From the sequence record MW812341.1: a stretch of DNA of 64,000 bases. One strand, 5' to 3'. A program made the position numbers and the translations under genes. Shown one piece after another: positions 44,401-54,295 of this stretch. Every line of letters begins with the position of its first letter. Position 1 is the stretch's first letter. The notes under the pieces were generated by a model. It ran no database searches and was not told where the DNA came from. It saw nothing but the letters and a program-made list of their open reading frames with translations.

Positions 44401-47400
44401 AAGATTCAGAGCCTGTTCCAAGCTATCGCCCGTAAAGGCGGGGAGTTCGGTAACAAGGTACTGGGTGCGCCGAAACGTATCCTCGACAAAATCGCCCCAC
44501 GGTTTAAATCCGCACGGGAGTGGTTCACCAACATCCCTGACATCTACGTTAAAGGTGATACGCAGCCTCGTCTGTATGCCAACCTGATGCGTCAAGGTCA
44601 TTACATTAACGTGGCATCTAAACAGCCAGTGTATAAAGTCGAGGACATCACTGGGCCTATCGACGATATCAATGGCAACAATGTCATCTCTGCAAGCGAG
44701 CTACAGAACCCCGAGTTCAAACTGGTAGACAAGTGGGGCCGTCCTGTCAAAAGCCCGTTAGGACGCATTGTAGGACGTATAGGACGTATTGCTGGTTGGG
44801 GTCGCGACCTAATCATGGGTATTCCTGGACGTTTACGTGCAGCCGGGTCGAGCTTGAAGAACATGGCGCTCAATAACCCAATCGCTAACTGGTTTAAAGG
44901 TGGCGGTAAAGGGGGTGGCTTCCTCAGTGGTAACACATTGTTCGGTGGCATGGGGACAGGGCGTAAAACCAACCATATCCTGATTCGCATCTACAAACTT
45001 CTGAACCAACGTCTTGCTGGGGAACCAGAGGATGATTCTTGGACAGAAGAGATGGAGAAAGGGACAGGTGGGTCGAAGTCTCTGGAACGCGCGCTCCGTA
45101 AAGGGAAGGTTGCTGGTCGCTTGATGAAACGCCGATTCCGTAACCGCTTTGGCGGTCGTATCAATTCCGGTCGGAGTTGGTTAGGTGGGAAGCGTGATGC
45201 ATTGAAAGGCTGGTTCGGTCGCTTAGGTGGTCGAGCAAACAACGTCTTGGATTCTTTCCGTGGTGCAGAGCACGACATCGGTACACGCTACGAAATCGAA
45301 AAGCATCTGTTAGGTCGTGACGACGACGTGGCAGCATTCTATCGTGACCGTTTGCATCGCCGAGGCGGTATCTCTAAAGCCAAAGTGCGTTCAGCAGTAA
45401 TGGACGACGTGGAAGAAGCGAAAGACGCAGCTGGTAACGTCATTAACACTGGCCGTAAGAAAGTTCAATCGGTAGGTGCTCGTGTGCTCGACCGTCTGAA
45501 CAAGATGGTTGACCTGCAAGAAGTCACCTGGTTCAACACGATGCGCTCCTCTTTGGAGAACAACGGGGCGGGTGAAGGTTTCGTGCGGGGTATGATGAGT
45601 AAGTTCTCTCGTCGTGTGAAATTCAACAGCGGTGGCGAGAAACGTGACTACTTCCAGTGGTTCCGTCGCCGCCGTGGCGAGCACGATGATGGGGCAGCCG
45701 CCGGTTCTGGCGGCGGTGGTAAAGGCAAGGGCAAAGGGATTATGGACTTCTTCAAATCCCTGCCGTTAGTCGGGCCACTGGTTTCTGTATTGGGTAGCGT
45801 AGCTGGCATCCTGGGCACCGTTGCGAAATGGGGTATCTTTAAACCGGGTGCGATGTTAGCGAAAGGTGCATGGGGTATCGGTAAGTTTGCGGTAACGCAA
45901 GCACTGCCATTCCTGGCCCGTTCGGTTATCATGCCTGTTGTCTCTGCTGCGGGTGCTGTGGTGACGGCTGTGGGTTGGCCGGTTATCCTTGCGGTCGGTG
46001 CCATCGTTGGTACCGGTATTGCTGCATACCGCATCGCAACATCGACATACACCTCTTACCTCGATACCATGCGTATTGCGCAGTATGGTTATCGTGACTA
46101 CGACAAGTGGTCAAGTGAGGACGGTGCGAAAGTACGCTACCTGGAAGACCAGCTGAAACAGTTCATTGCCTTCAATGGTGAAGGTCAGGCTACCTGTCGT
46201 GGTCTGGGCGGGAAAGAAGTGCAGTCTCTGGCGGAAGGCTACGGCCTGAACATCGAAGAGAAAGGGGAAATGTTGGCGTTCCAAGCCCACATGCTCCAGC
46301 GCTTCATTCCGGTATACTTACGTTGGCTGACCACACTGAAAGCAATGGATAGAGATATCCAGTTGTCCGAAGTGGGCGATGCTGCGAAAGTCACCAAAGA
46401 AGAGATGTTGGCAATCTATGAGAAAACCGCATTAACGAAAGACGCAGTCCAACTGCGTGCTCTGGAAGACCCGCGTAAGGTTAACCAGGGCTTCATGTCT
46501 AAAGCTTGGGATACGGTAACCTTTACCTCACCTCAGTTCCTGGATGCTTCGGAAGTTATCGAGGTTCAGGAAGATACGTTGAGAGAAATCAAGAAACGTA
46601 TCGACACGAAGAAGAACCGTAAGATGCGTACCTTGCTTGCCAAGGGTCAGGAAGTCACTGGGGTGAAAGATGCCTTTGCGGCCCTGAACACCATGGATGC
46701 TGATACTGAAAAGAACTATGTGAAGAAGGAAGGTTGGGAGGACGGTACTGAATCTATCACGATTCAGGTCGATGCCTTGGGTACGTTGAACCAGCGTGAT
46801 GTCGATGCGCTGGAGTCCGTAAGGATGAAGACCTACGGGTTGAAGAATCTGGATTCGGGCTATGTGGCAATGCTGAAAGAGATGGAGAAATTCGTCTTGC
46901 CATTCATCAACACCAAAACGGGCTCGTATAACGGCAAGTGGACAGAGGCAACGGATATCGTTGCGCCGCAAGTATGGCAGACCCCTCGTGGGGATTCCGT
47001 ACACCACTGGTTCGTTAACCGCTTCTTGCCGACGTTTATGTTCTACGTGTGTGGCTTCAAACGCTACGACCCTGCCGGTGACCCACTCAATGTGAAGATG
47101 ACCGGTGGCTACCTGTACGAACTGGGCTTACTGACCTCGCGTGCTTACAACATGCGTGCCGGTATTCGTCAGTCCGTGTGGGAAGTGGCGTTAGTACCTT
47201 GGTCTGAAGACGGCGCGAACACCGACCCTAACTCGGTCGAGAAGGAACTCATCACGCTGAAAGAACTGTCCAAGCAAGCTGACTTGAACATCCGTAATCT
47301 GCTCAACGAGAAGAAAGTGGACAACAAGAAGATTGCACAGTGGCAGTCTAAAGACAAACGTACCCACATCTACGAAACCAAGGATGACATCGAACGTTCA

Positions 47401-48810
47401 ACCTATACGCCGGAAGAACAAGCGAAGATGAATAACGCGAATGGATTTGGCGGTAGTGGGTTTACCGGGATTCCAAATGACATTGCGGATAACGTCAACG
47501 CGGTTGGTGGGGTGTCTAAATACGCCCAGCTGTCCACCGGTAATGTAGCTATCAATCTCGGCGATGTGGCCGAGGGTAACTACAAGGAACTGGTAGAGAA
47601 GTATCCAATCAGTAGTCTGAACAACACGGAAAACGTGAAGAAGATGATTATTGATGTGGCGAACTCGATGGGGGTTCCGCCGGGCGTGGCCTTGGGCATG
47701 GCGTATGCTGAATCCAAGTTCAACTACAAGGCGAAGAACCCGTATGCGTCCGCAGCCGGTCTGTTCCAGTTTGTTAATGGGACATGGGACGGCATGATGG
47801 GCAAATACGCTAACAACTTCGGTATCCCCGGAACGTTGTCAGCCGGTCGTGGTCAATACGATCCACACGCCAATGCGATTCTCGGGTTGCAGTTCATTCG
47901 AGATAACATTAAGTCAGCTCAGAAAGATTTGGGCGGGAAAGCACCTCCTCCAGCGGTGGCTTACCTGTACCACTTCCTGGGTGCAGGCGGTGGTCGCCAG
48001 TTCTTGCAAGCCTGGCAGAAAAACCCGAATGCTCCAGCAACGGCAGCAGCATCTGTTACTCGCAAAGTGCTCGCAGGTAACAAGAACGTGTTCTTCACCA
48101 AAACCGGTAAGATGCGTACGCTGAATGAAGTTATGCAGGAGTTGAACGGGCGTATGGGTAGCGTAACAGCTAACTCCATGAATGCCGATCCGAAACTGAC
48201 CAAAGAGTTGACGGGTGGACTCAGTCCGCAATCGTCTAGCCCAGCGGTCACTGCCGGAGCAGCAGCGAACGACCCATCTATCGGTGGGGCAGCAGGCGCT
48301 GCGAATGACCTACCAGCAGACAACGCAGCCCGTCGTGATGAAGCCTTAGCGACGAAAGGCACCATGGGGGCAGATGATGCTCTTGCAGGTGCTGGCGGTG
48401 GTAGTGTGCCGGGCGGTGGCGGAACTGCCGGTGGTAGTGACGTAAGCAATGTAGGCGACACGGTAGAAGGTCAGGCGAAAGCCGATGGTCTATCTGACGC
48501 AGACGCAGCGAAAGTACGTGCTGCGGCGGAACAGCGTGCTCAGGCAGCGAAATCTGCACAGGGTGCCCCTGCTCCTACATCCGACGTCTCTGCCGCAGGC
48601 GGTGGTCTCGGTACTGGTACTGTTGGGGAACAGCAGTTGGCCGTTCAGAAAGAAATGCGTACTCTGCTTACCGAGATGCGTGACATGATGAAAAGCGGTG
48701 GTAGTCTCCAGACAGGTGGAGGCAACCAAACCCCGCCTGCCAAACAGCAACCCCAGGGGTCGTACACCCAACCAACCCCTAGCCTTGATGTATCCCGCAA
48801 GGCTAGTTAA
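41443..48810 (+). CDS. tail tape measure protein with C-terminal lytic transglycosylase domain (phiKZ gp181-like)
   Basis: About 2455 aa, Gly-rich helical; SLT motifs MAYAESKFN..AKN..ASAAGLFQF and YLYHFLGAGG. Confidence 0.9.
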   Translation: MAKKDDFDDIGFDDVDWDDFDEPPRQNNGKSRNPILDTAKQVRKSALATIWPRGKRDQVILKGMPQPASEAYKGYQDAKGVAKDVYAHTKDEIIKTERLVKQQARQLGPTLKRYLPDSLTNRINKWARTGEETQYGAYDQQQAGLDRMMGEVFGAGQQQTEEQQTEARETATEDRLRDAVREMKSDALMNTVLGIARDVHMQTGLSKGVFLNIERKKLELQYRTLFALQDIAKLKQTEFDRNTPALEAIVKNTALPDYAKEEFSEIHWANIKRKAAEWMNPLRYGEEFMNNVRDNMTKKISQAFGDGRMALEMLMGSAVEDDFGMEDSSSLSPDSRKKNGRDKGVGWLTSFLTKKLIGPQLAKVQGKTKQWLEDRPEYMSKLHQAQFKARGWTQGTISNSSIAGEEEGTAANVFRMGRDFGIINPMGREKGFLDARDGEALNRVAKFDRRAHLALVEVIPAWLSEINKSIRRGYGEHADQEYDITTRGFTSRRQLSDRIRKGVADDKGRVKQQENIWEIVNYLDDKKTLSEKDRQGLANYLESRISLGRSMNVDSILKDSNHLMRYMPSNTADRVVDLLRAKSDGMTGGAYELSNALEDKFSGARSAVKGYQKNIDEATAIYGERALRDAGIFRYDKKNDTFDIDKDFADPFTLFNDTRMGKTRSGKALTLEQEIQKKLKGNSALADLLRRKFNNGGDEDDPLAEGSPLGGGPKGGGGGGKGRGKGMSPVQLARVLYGETETNFVDLLKGTNSNDGTETDRIVEAVRGINLNSLTTIQEKILSHVKSMDEQGVLLASLAGGEGGGDGTDEMGPPRPGAGPRRRRIVLGETGLLRRWGGILADTAGGAFNLGKRGVLGAKDRLGKFGGWVRGKFGGPSTGPSMFERMKGLVTGGVGGAFNSALAFGQGLLGIKDIFNEQGKVVLQGSKLEAGEYYQMSSNGQGAKPVQLKTLDDIRLGRDIIDSEGNIILSAADLASAGKLSYYKGGKIQSLFQAIARKGGEFGNKVLGAPKRILDKIAPRFKSAREWFTNIPDIYVKGDTQPRLYANLMRQGHYINVASKQPVYKVEDITGPIDDINGNNVISASELQNPEFKLVDKWGRPVKSPLGRIVGRIGRIAGWGRDLIMGIPGRLRAAGSSLKNMALNNPIANWFKGGGKGGGFLSGNTLFGGMGTGRKTNHILIRIYKLLNQRLAGEPEDDSWTEEMEKGTGGSKSLERALRKGKVAGRLMKRRFRNRFGGRINSGRSWLGGKRDALKGWFGRLGGRANNVLDSFRGAEHDIGTRYEIEKHLLGRDDDVAAFYRDRLHRRGGISKAKVRSAVMDDVEEAKDAAGNVINTGRKKVQSVGARVLDRLNKMVDLQEVTWFNTMRSSLENNGAGEGFVRGMMSKFSRRVKFNSGGEKRDYFQWFRRRRGEHDDGAAAGSGGGGKGKGKGIMDFFKSLPLVGPLVSVLGSVAGILGTVAKWGIFKPGAMLAKGAWGIGKFAVTQALPFLARSVIMPVVSAAGAVVTAVGWPVILAVGAIVGTGIAAYRIATSTYTSYLDTMRIAQYGYRDYDKWSSEDGAKVRYLEDQLKQFIAFNGEGQATCRGLGGKEVQSLAEGYGLNIEEKGEMLAFQAHMLQRFIPVYLRWLTTLKAMDRDIQLSEVGDAAKVTKEEMLAIYEKTALTKDAVQLRALEDPRKVNQGFMSKAWDTVTFTSPQFLDASEVIEVQEDTLREIKKRIDTKKNRKMRTLLAKGQEVTGVKDAFAALNTMDADTEKNYVKKEGWEDGTESITIQVDALGTLNQRDVDALESVRMKTYGLKNLDSGYVAMLKEMEKFVLPFINTKTGSYNGKWTEATDIVAPQVWQTPRGDSVHHWFVNRFLPTFMFYVCGFKRYDPAGDPLNVKMTGGYLYELGLLTSRAYNMRAGIRQSVWEVALVPWSEDGANTDPNSVEKELITLKELSKQADLNIRNLLNEKKVDNKKIAQWQSKDKRTHIYETKDDIERSTYTPEEQAKMNNANGFGGSGFTGIPNDIADNVNAVGGVSKYAQLSTGNVAINLGDVAEGNYKELVEKYPISSLNNTENVKKMIIDVANSMGVPPGVALGMAYAESKFNYKAKNPYASAAGLFQFVNGTWDGMMGKYANNFGIPGTLSAGRGQYDPHANAILGLQFIRDNIKSAQKDLGGKAPPPAVAYLYHFLGAGGGRQFLQAWQKNPNAPATAAASVTRKVLAGNKNVFFTKTGKMRTLNEVMQELNGRMGSVTANSMNADPKLTKELTGGLSPQSSSPAVTAGAAANDPSIGGAAGAANDLPADNAARRDEALATKGTMGADDALAGAGGGSVPGGGGTAGGSDVSNVGDTVEGQAKADGLSDADAAKVRAAAEQRAQAAKSAQGAPAPTSDVSAAGGGLGTGTVGEQQLAVQKEMRTLLTEMRDMMKSGGSLQTGGGNQTPPAKQQPQGSYTQPTPSLDVSRKAS

Positions 48811-48814
48811 CTAA

Positions 48815-48842
48815 AGGGGGAGGCAACTCCCCCTCTTCTTTA
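48815..48842 (+). terminator. hairpin after tape measure gene
   Basis: AGGGGGAG-GCAA-CTCCCCCT followed by CTTCTTT. Confidence 0.55.
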
Positions 48843-48856
48843 CAAGTGAGGTTACT

Positions 48857-51040
48857 GTGGATGCACGTTCGATAAATGATATTACGTGGATTGACGGCCT
48901 GTTCGGCGGTATGAAACTTCCCCGTGATACCCGTTTCGTGAACTTGCGTACGTATTCCAATGCGGTGCTCAGTTTCTCGGATACCACCGTGGGCGGGAAC
49001 ATCGCACTGAATGCGCCACCGCAATTCACGTTCTTTGCTGACCCACCAATTACCGGCGCAATCGCTGTCCCGGAAAATGCTCCGGGTGGTGATCAAAACG
49101 CGGGTTGGTTTGAATCGTTCCGTGGACAAGGGTCGTATCGTCAAGGTGCGTACTACTGGGAGTCCATTGAACAGAACGCCTTCTATCTGCACTGTCGCTT
49201 TGGTAAGCCGCGCTACCTCGGGGTAGCTGCGTTCTTTGCGAACATGTATGATTCCAAATTGGCTTATCTGGCACGTACCGGTGACTATCCGGGCGTGGTG
49301 CGTGAACTGGCAGGTTGGACTGCGGCTGCTGCTATCTGGGCAACCGTAGGGACTGCGGCCTTTGCGCTTATCCTGATTACGCCACGTATCATGAAAATGG
49401 TACTGAACAAAGAAGCTTCTCGTTATTACTACGTCAAGCCAGCAATGCATTTGTACTTACGTGCAGTGCAGAACATCGTGAACACCCAGTTGCTGTACCG
49501 TCGTTTGGTACCGACGGGTATCCTCGGTATGTTTAACTTACCGAAGGACATCAACGATAAAGACAACAAATACAACGCAAGCAAGAAAGATGTATACGGG
49601 ATGTTGCCGGACATCTGGAAAGCAAACGGTGAGTTTGACGTCTACCGCATGATTAACCGTTATAACGTGTTGGCGAATTACCAGGCCGCCCGTATTGCAG
49701 AGATTCAGGCTGACTCAGCGAACGAAGCTGAGATGAACCAGAAAATCCAGCAATACTACAAGCAGATGTTGTACAGCGATGTGCACTTGACGCGTGCTGG
49801 GCAGATGGAAATCTCGTTGTCGCGTTTGGAGGATGTGGCGAAGACAGCGGATGGCTATAAGGCCAAGGTTGACCCGGACACCATGGAAGCCGCTGCGGTT
49901 GACCAGATGACCGGTGCGTTTGTTGCAGCAGATCAGGCCGGTGGTGCAGAGAAGAACTTTACTTCCGAAGCCGAGGTGCAGCAAGCACAGCTGAAAGCAC
50001 AGATGGCCAGTGATGCTGCCAACAACGGAGACGAGAACGGTGAAACGACTGCTCGCGATATAGGGAAGATTCAGAACTGGATGAATGAGGGACAGAAGGA
50101 AAACTTCTCTACCATGTTCGGTGACTTCTCTAAAATCGGCGAGGGCGTGGGCGAACAGTTTAAATCCGAATTGGAGAACGGTTCGCAGTGGATTACCTGG
50201 AAGATTAACGGTCGTGACACCACGTCCCGTAGCTTTAGCAACAACACCAAGGAACCGGAAATCTCAGGCACGGTTAACGCCATGACTCAGAAAGCGCGTT
50301 CTCTGGAGGTTAACCTCTCCGGTGGTGTGACAGGCTTTGATGCGGTCGATGGTTTAATTACCGGACTGAAGTCTGCCTTTACAGGCGCATTAGACTTCCT
50401 TCATCTGTCGGGTATCGTATCACTGTACAACTCCTCGGTGATTGACTTCCCGGAAGTGTGGGATTCTTCTGACACCTCAGGCGATGACATTACCTTCACC
50501 ATTCCATTGCGTTGCTGGTCGGGCGGTGACCTGGATGTGTTCCAGGATTTGATTCTGCCACTTTCCTTCTGGTTAGCGGCGGTATGTCCACTGGCTACTG
50601 GTAAACAGTCCTTCACACACCCGTTCTATCTCGAGGCGTATTCTCGCGGTCGTTACTCCATGCGTAATGCCATGGTGACCAACGTGGGCTTTAACTTCGG
50701 TGTGGGTGGTATGGGTTGGCGTGTAGACGGTGTGCCGTTGTCTTGTGATATCAGCGTAACCATCCGTGACATGTCTCGCGTGATGTATATGCCAATCGTA
50801 ACCGACCAGTCTGTATTCGATGACGATAACAAGTTCTCTGAATTCATGGCCGTGTTGGGTGCAGCAACCTTGCACGAACGTACGAGCGGTATCGCACGTA
50901 TGGCAATGAATGCAAACTCCCAGTACCAATCATGGAAGTCTGCGTTCTCGCAGGGTGCGATTATGAACAAGTTCTTCGACTTGCCACCTGCGCGTGTTGC
51001 CGCGAATATCTTCACGGCGTTCAGCGGTTCCCAGCGTTAA
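48857..51040 (+). CDS. virion/baseplate-associated protein (phiKZ gp182-like by synteny)
   Basis: 727 aa directly after tape measure, GAGG RBS, GTG start. Confidence 0.75.
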   Translation: MDARSINDITWIDGLFGGMKLPRDTRFVNLRTYSNAVLSFSDTTVGGNIALNAPPQFTFFADPPITGAIAVPENAPGGDQNAGWFESFRGQGSYRQGAYYWESIEQNAFYLHCRFGKPRYLGVAAFFANMYDSKLAYLARTGDYPGVVRELAGWTAAAAIWATVGTAAFALILITPRIMKMVLNKEASRYYYVKPAMHLYLRAVQNIVNTQLLYRRLVPTGILGMFNLPKDINDKDNKYNASKKDVYGMLPDIWKANGEFDVYRMINRYNVLANYQAARIAEIQADSANEAEMNQKIQQYYKQMLYSDVHLTRAGQMEISLSRLEDVAKTADGYKAKVDPDTMEAAAVDQMTGAFVAADQAGGAEKNFTSEAEVQQAQLKAQMASDAANNGDENGETTARDIGKIQNWMNEGQKENFSTMFGDFSKIGEGVGEQFKSELENGSQWITWKINGRDTTSRSFSNNTKEPEISGTVNAMTQKARSLEVNLSGGVTGFDAVDGLITGLKSAFTGALDFLHLSGIVSLYNSSVIDFPEVWDSSDTSGDDITFTIPLRCWSGGDLDVFQDLILPLSFWLAAVCPLATGKQSFTHPFYLEAYSRGRYSMRNAMVTNVGFNFGVGGMGWRVDGVPLSCDISVTIRDMSRVMYMPIVTDQSVFDDDNKFSEFMAVLGAATLHERTSGIARMAMNANSQYQSWKSAFSQGAIMNKFFDLPPARVAANIFTAFSGSQR

Positions 51041-51081
51041 AAAAAAAATAAGTGCCTCCCTACCACCTTCGGGTGGTAGGG
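51040..51081 (-). terminator. intrinsic terminator
   Basis: CCCTACCACC-TTCG-GGTGGTAGGG with A-run on +. Confidence 0.75.
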
Positions 51082-51149
51082 AATTTAACCCTAAGTCAAA
51101 TTGGGGTTAATATGCCGTCATGGTGATGGCCTTAATAGAGGGAATTAAG

Positions 51150-51710
51150 ATGAGCCTTTTTGGAAAAACGGCGAAAGAACTGGTTTATGATCTACTCGTT
51201 TCAAAGAACCCACTCTTGGCCGAAAAGAATGTGACTATCGATAAGTTAATCTTCGCAACTCCGAGCCATATTGGTGGTACGGATGAAACCCCAGAAGAGA
51301 AATACGGTCGCTTGAACACATCTTTGAAAGTAAGCGGCGATACAGATAAGAATGTAATCGGTGATGTTCAATTAACATACCGCAGGATATTCTTAGACCA
51401 CCTTTTCGATGGTATGGTGTTATCTGTTGACGGCACTGGCGCGACTACCACGTTAGACCTCTTGCCTAAAATCACAACGAAGTACGGTATCGTTATTCAG
51501 CCCAGCGAAGTAAAGAGTCAACCGGTTAGCGGTAGTAAGGCTACGGTGACAATGAACGGAAGCTCGTTAGCGTGGATAGGTAACTTCGATGTATTTCTTA
51601 CAGACATGCCCGCCGACACCACCGACCTTACTGCAATGGCTAAAGTCACTCAGCTGGAAGGTCTTGTTTATAGCCTTGATGGTATAGGGTCTGATACACC
51701 CACTGAATAA
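51150..51710 (+). CDS. small virion structural protein (about 186 aa)
   Basis: RLNTSL.V, VQLTYRRIFL, TTLDLLPKI..KYG, SLAWIG pattern typical of jumbo-phage tail-associated repeat domains; GAGGG RBS. Confidence 0.65.
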   Translation: MSLFGKTAKELVYDLLVSKNPLLAEKNVTIDKLIFATPSHIGGTDETPEEKYGRLNTSLKVSGDTDKNVIGDVQLTYRRIFLDHLFDGMVLSVDGTGATTTLDLLPKITTKYGIVIQPSEVKSQPVSGSKATVTMNGSSLAWIGNFDVFLTDMPADTTDLTAMAKVTQLEGLVYSLDGIGSDTPTE

Positions 51711-51760
51711 AAAAAGAAACACCTACCCCAGCGGGTAGGTGTTACCTTTATATTTTTTAA
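51709..51760. terminator. bidirectional intrinsic terminator
   Basis: ACACCTACCC-CAGC-GGGTAGGTGT with A- and T-runs. Confidence 0.8.
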
Positions 51761-52248
51761 GGTGGTGTTTCACTATCGAGAATCGCGTAGTACAGTTCGA
51801 TGAACGGTGTCATGTCATTACCTCCAACCTTTTCAGGATGAATGATAATGATAGGAATGTGGCGTGGATAATGATTCCCAATATCCAGTTCCCATACATC
51901 CGACTCAAAGAGATTCTCTGCACCCAAACGGAACGTCGAGCGTAGGCTAGGGTCAATTTCATCCCAGCCCATATGCAGAGGCCCTTCCGTGTGTGCGTCG
52001 TATTCAAACATCACCGAATTCAGAAAGGCGGTCATCTCTTTCTGTTCAAGCCGGAAGCGCACCAACACTAACGGCTCACGCTCAGTCGTCAACGACATGT
52101 CGTCACTGACGAAGACCTGGTCGGCATCCGCGATAACACGCCACAAGTTAGCCGTACGTTCGTCAACGTCAGCAACGTGTCTGCCATTAACCTTAATGGC
52201 ATGCGTACTCGCAAGGAAACCGGATTGTTCAATTTCTACACTGAACAT
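51757..52248 (-). CDS. hypothetical protein (163 aa)
   Basis: ORF with AAGGGG RBS. Confidence 0.8.
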   Translation of the reverse strand: MFSVEIEQSGFLASTHAIKVNGRHVADVDERTANLWRVIADADQVFVSDDMSLTTEREPLVLVRFRLEQKEMTAFLNSVMFEYDAHTEGPLHMGWDEIDPSLRSTFRLGAENLFESDVWELDIGNHYPRHIPIIIIHPEKVGGNDMTPFIELYYAILDSETPP

Positions 52249-52256
52249 AATGCCCC

Positions 52257-53105
52257 TTAGAAGGTTTGGCAGTTTGTCCCAGGAATATCCAGAGGTGCAT
52301 CGGGGTCAAGGAACTTCGTACCTGCGATGATTTGCGGTAACGTCATTGCCCAGACACGAGCATCTTCGGCCATCCAATAGAGTTTCTGTCCTGGGAAGAA
52401 GCTGAGGTCTTTGACTTCAATCGCCCCTTCACCTTTCTCGGTGCGAACAAAGCCCCACAGTTTCCGCAAAAGACGCTCACCGATATCCGCACCCGGTAAG
52501 CATTCGGCGCTACGCAGAATCGCCGCACGTATCTCCAACAAGTCAGCGGTGTACAAATCAAAGAACTGTGACTTGTATTCTTCACCCGCTGGTTTATAGC
52601 GCCACTGTGGATCAGCTGACAGTACACGACGTTGGTCGACCAGGAAGAACTGCTGGGCAGTGAAATCCTGGCTGTACAACCCCGGCGTAACCAGTTTCGG
52701 TGTGTCGCTAAACAGCTGGCGTCTTGACATGACATACTTCGGCTGGTTCTTCACGGCAAACCATTTGACTTCGGTACACGGCAGCTCTTCGCGTGTCTTG
52801 ATACTGTCGTCAAACAGCTCGATTTCGTAGAAGGTTTCTTCCGCCGGATCGTAACGTTTGAGTTGGCTAGTAGCCAGTAAACGTGCCCCGTTATCATGAA
52901 CGATAGTCAACACACCCTCTGCTTCGGTTTGGAGTTCACCAACGCAGAACACCGTTGCGCCCGCCACTTCCGTAATTTGGAATTTCGGGTTACGCTGACT
53001 AACCAACCAGCGAGCGGAGTTTTCATCCTTCGCTACCACTGTGGCTCTGAACGAGGTCACGAACGCAGATTTATTGAACTCGTCAGTAATGATGTAAAGA
53101 TTCAT
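52257..53105 (-). CDS. hypothetical protein (about 282 aa)
   Basis: ORF with AGGAG RBS before ATG 53105. Confidence 0.8.
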   Translation of the reverse strand: MNLYIITDEFNKSAFVTSFRATVVAKDENSARWLVSQRNPKFQITEVAGATVFCVGELQTEAEGVLTIVHDNGARLLATSQLKRYDPAEETFYEIELFDDSIKTREELPCTEVKWFAVKNQPKYVMSRRQLFSDTPKLVTPGLYSQDFTAQQFFLVDQRRVLSADPQWRYKPAGEEYKSQFFDLYTADLLEIRAAILRSAECLPGADIGERLLRKLWGFVRTEKGEGAIEVKDLSFFPGQKLYWMAEDARVWAMTLPQIIAGTKFLDPDAPLDIPGTNCQTF

Positions 53106-53131
53106 GCGACTCTCCTGCAAGAGTTAACGTA

Positions 53132-54010
53132 TTAAAGGGAACCCTGGGCAGCTTTCTGCTCAGCGGTCATATCGGCTTCTTTCACAAAGATACCATCGGC
53201 ATTCAGGAAACCTTTACGGTCTTTGATTTCATCCCATGCCAGAGAGAAGCATTGTTCTAGCGTCATGTCGTACGCACTGGCCAATGCATTGAAATATGCC
53301 AGAGACTTGGTCAGCAGTTCAGTGAACTCCAGCTCAATGTCAGCTTCGGAACGTGGCTCAACGTTTTCGAATTCGCGATTGAAGCCTTGAACTTCGTACG
53401 CTAAGTCGAACATCTTCGTTGTGTTCAGACGCAACTTGTGGAATAAGTAATGCGAGTCACCCATTGGGCTCGGCATACCACGCACGGCAGTTACCGCAGC
53501 AGATATTTCAATCGCGTGACCACGGGTCAATGCCAATACGTTGGTTAATACCACCAGAGCATCGCCCAGGCCGTCCATAATGAGACGATGTTTGGTTTTA
53601 CTGATACCGGTAGCCGCTTCACCATCTTCTTCGTAGAACTTGGTACACTGCGTCTGCCACTTACCGTTAGACAGAATACCACGCGCTTTCGACCAGCCGA
53701 TAACATTCTCAATACATTCCGGAATGTTAAACAGACGGATACGTCGCGGGTGTGTGGTGGTGCCCTTGTATTCAACACCTTCCAACGTCATCGGGATTTC
53801 CAGATCGTCGATATCAATTGCACTGGTACCGGTTTTAACTTTACCTTCGACACGGTACGCGCCGGTCTCAGTGTTCTGCGCCATAGCGTACAGATTCTCG
53901 AACTGAATCTGGTGCCCGATGGCCGCAATGCGGTAGTTTACCTGACGCACCAGTTCCGGAGTAATCACAACGATGTTGTAAGGAATCTGAATAGCAAAAG
54001 TCTCGCCCAT
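53132..54010 (-). CDS. MazG-like nucleoside triphosphate pyrophosphohydrolase with N-terminal extension
   Basis: W..ARGI, KFYEEDGE, DGLGDALVVL, CFSLAWDEIKDRKG..FVKE motifs. Confidence 0.8.
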   Translation of the reverse strand: MGETFAIQIPYNIVVITPELVRQVNYRIAAIGHQIQFENLYAMAQNTETGAYRVEGKVKTGTSAIDIDDLEIPMTLEGVEYKGTTTHPRRIRLFNIPECIENVIGWSKARGILSNGKWQTQCTKFYEEDGEAATGISKTKHRLIMDGLGDALVVLTNVLALTRGHAIEISAAVTAVRGMPSPMGDSHYLFHKLRLNTTKMFDLAYEVQGFNREFENVEPRSEADIELEFTELLTKSLAYFNALASAYDMTLEQCFSLAWDEIKDRKGFLNADGIFVKEADMTAEQKAAQGSL

Positions 54011-54037
54011 GATTTGTTAATCCTTGTTAGAAAAAAA

Positions 54038-54071
54038 AGAAAAGAAAAAGGGGGTGTCCATAAGGACACCC
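54038..54071 (-). terminator. intrinsic terminator
   Basis: GGGTGTCC-ATAA-GGACACCC with U-rich tail on -. Confidence 0.75.
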
Positions 54072-54078
54072 ACATACG

Positions 54079-54288
54079 TTAAATTTTGCAGGCACCGCTA
54101 GGACAACTAGAGTCATCCAATGCAGCGTCCACGCCACCTTCTACGGTGACGCCATCTAAACCTAAATGGCTAAGGTCGAATTCATCCAGCGTGTTCTGCT
54201 GTTTGATTAATTCTTGCGTACCGGCTGGGGTTAAACCCCGACCGATATCACCTTCGACCAAATACCGCGATAAATCTTTTCCAGACAT
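54079..54288 (-). CDS. 69-aa acidic protein ending in NrdA-like redox tail CPSGACKI
   Basis: GAGG RBS, own stop and terminator; C-terminus DDSSCPSGACKI versus E. coli NrdA QDDGCESGACKI. Confidence 0.8.
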   Translation of the reverse strand: MSGKDLSRYLVEGDIGRGLTPAGTQELIKQQNTLDEFDLSHLGLDGVTVEGGVDAALDDSSCPSGACKI

Positions 54289-54295
54289 AACTACC

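Noticed and set aside
43560-45730. Gly-rich GGC/GGT runs in the tape measure gene as a repeat element
   Set aside because: Ordinary low-complexity linkers (GGGGGKG) within the CDS.
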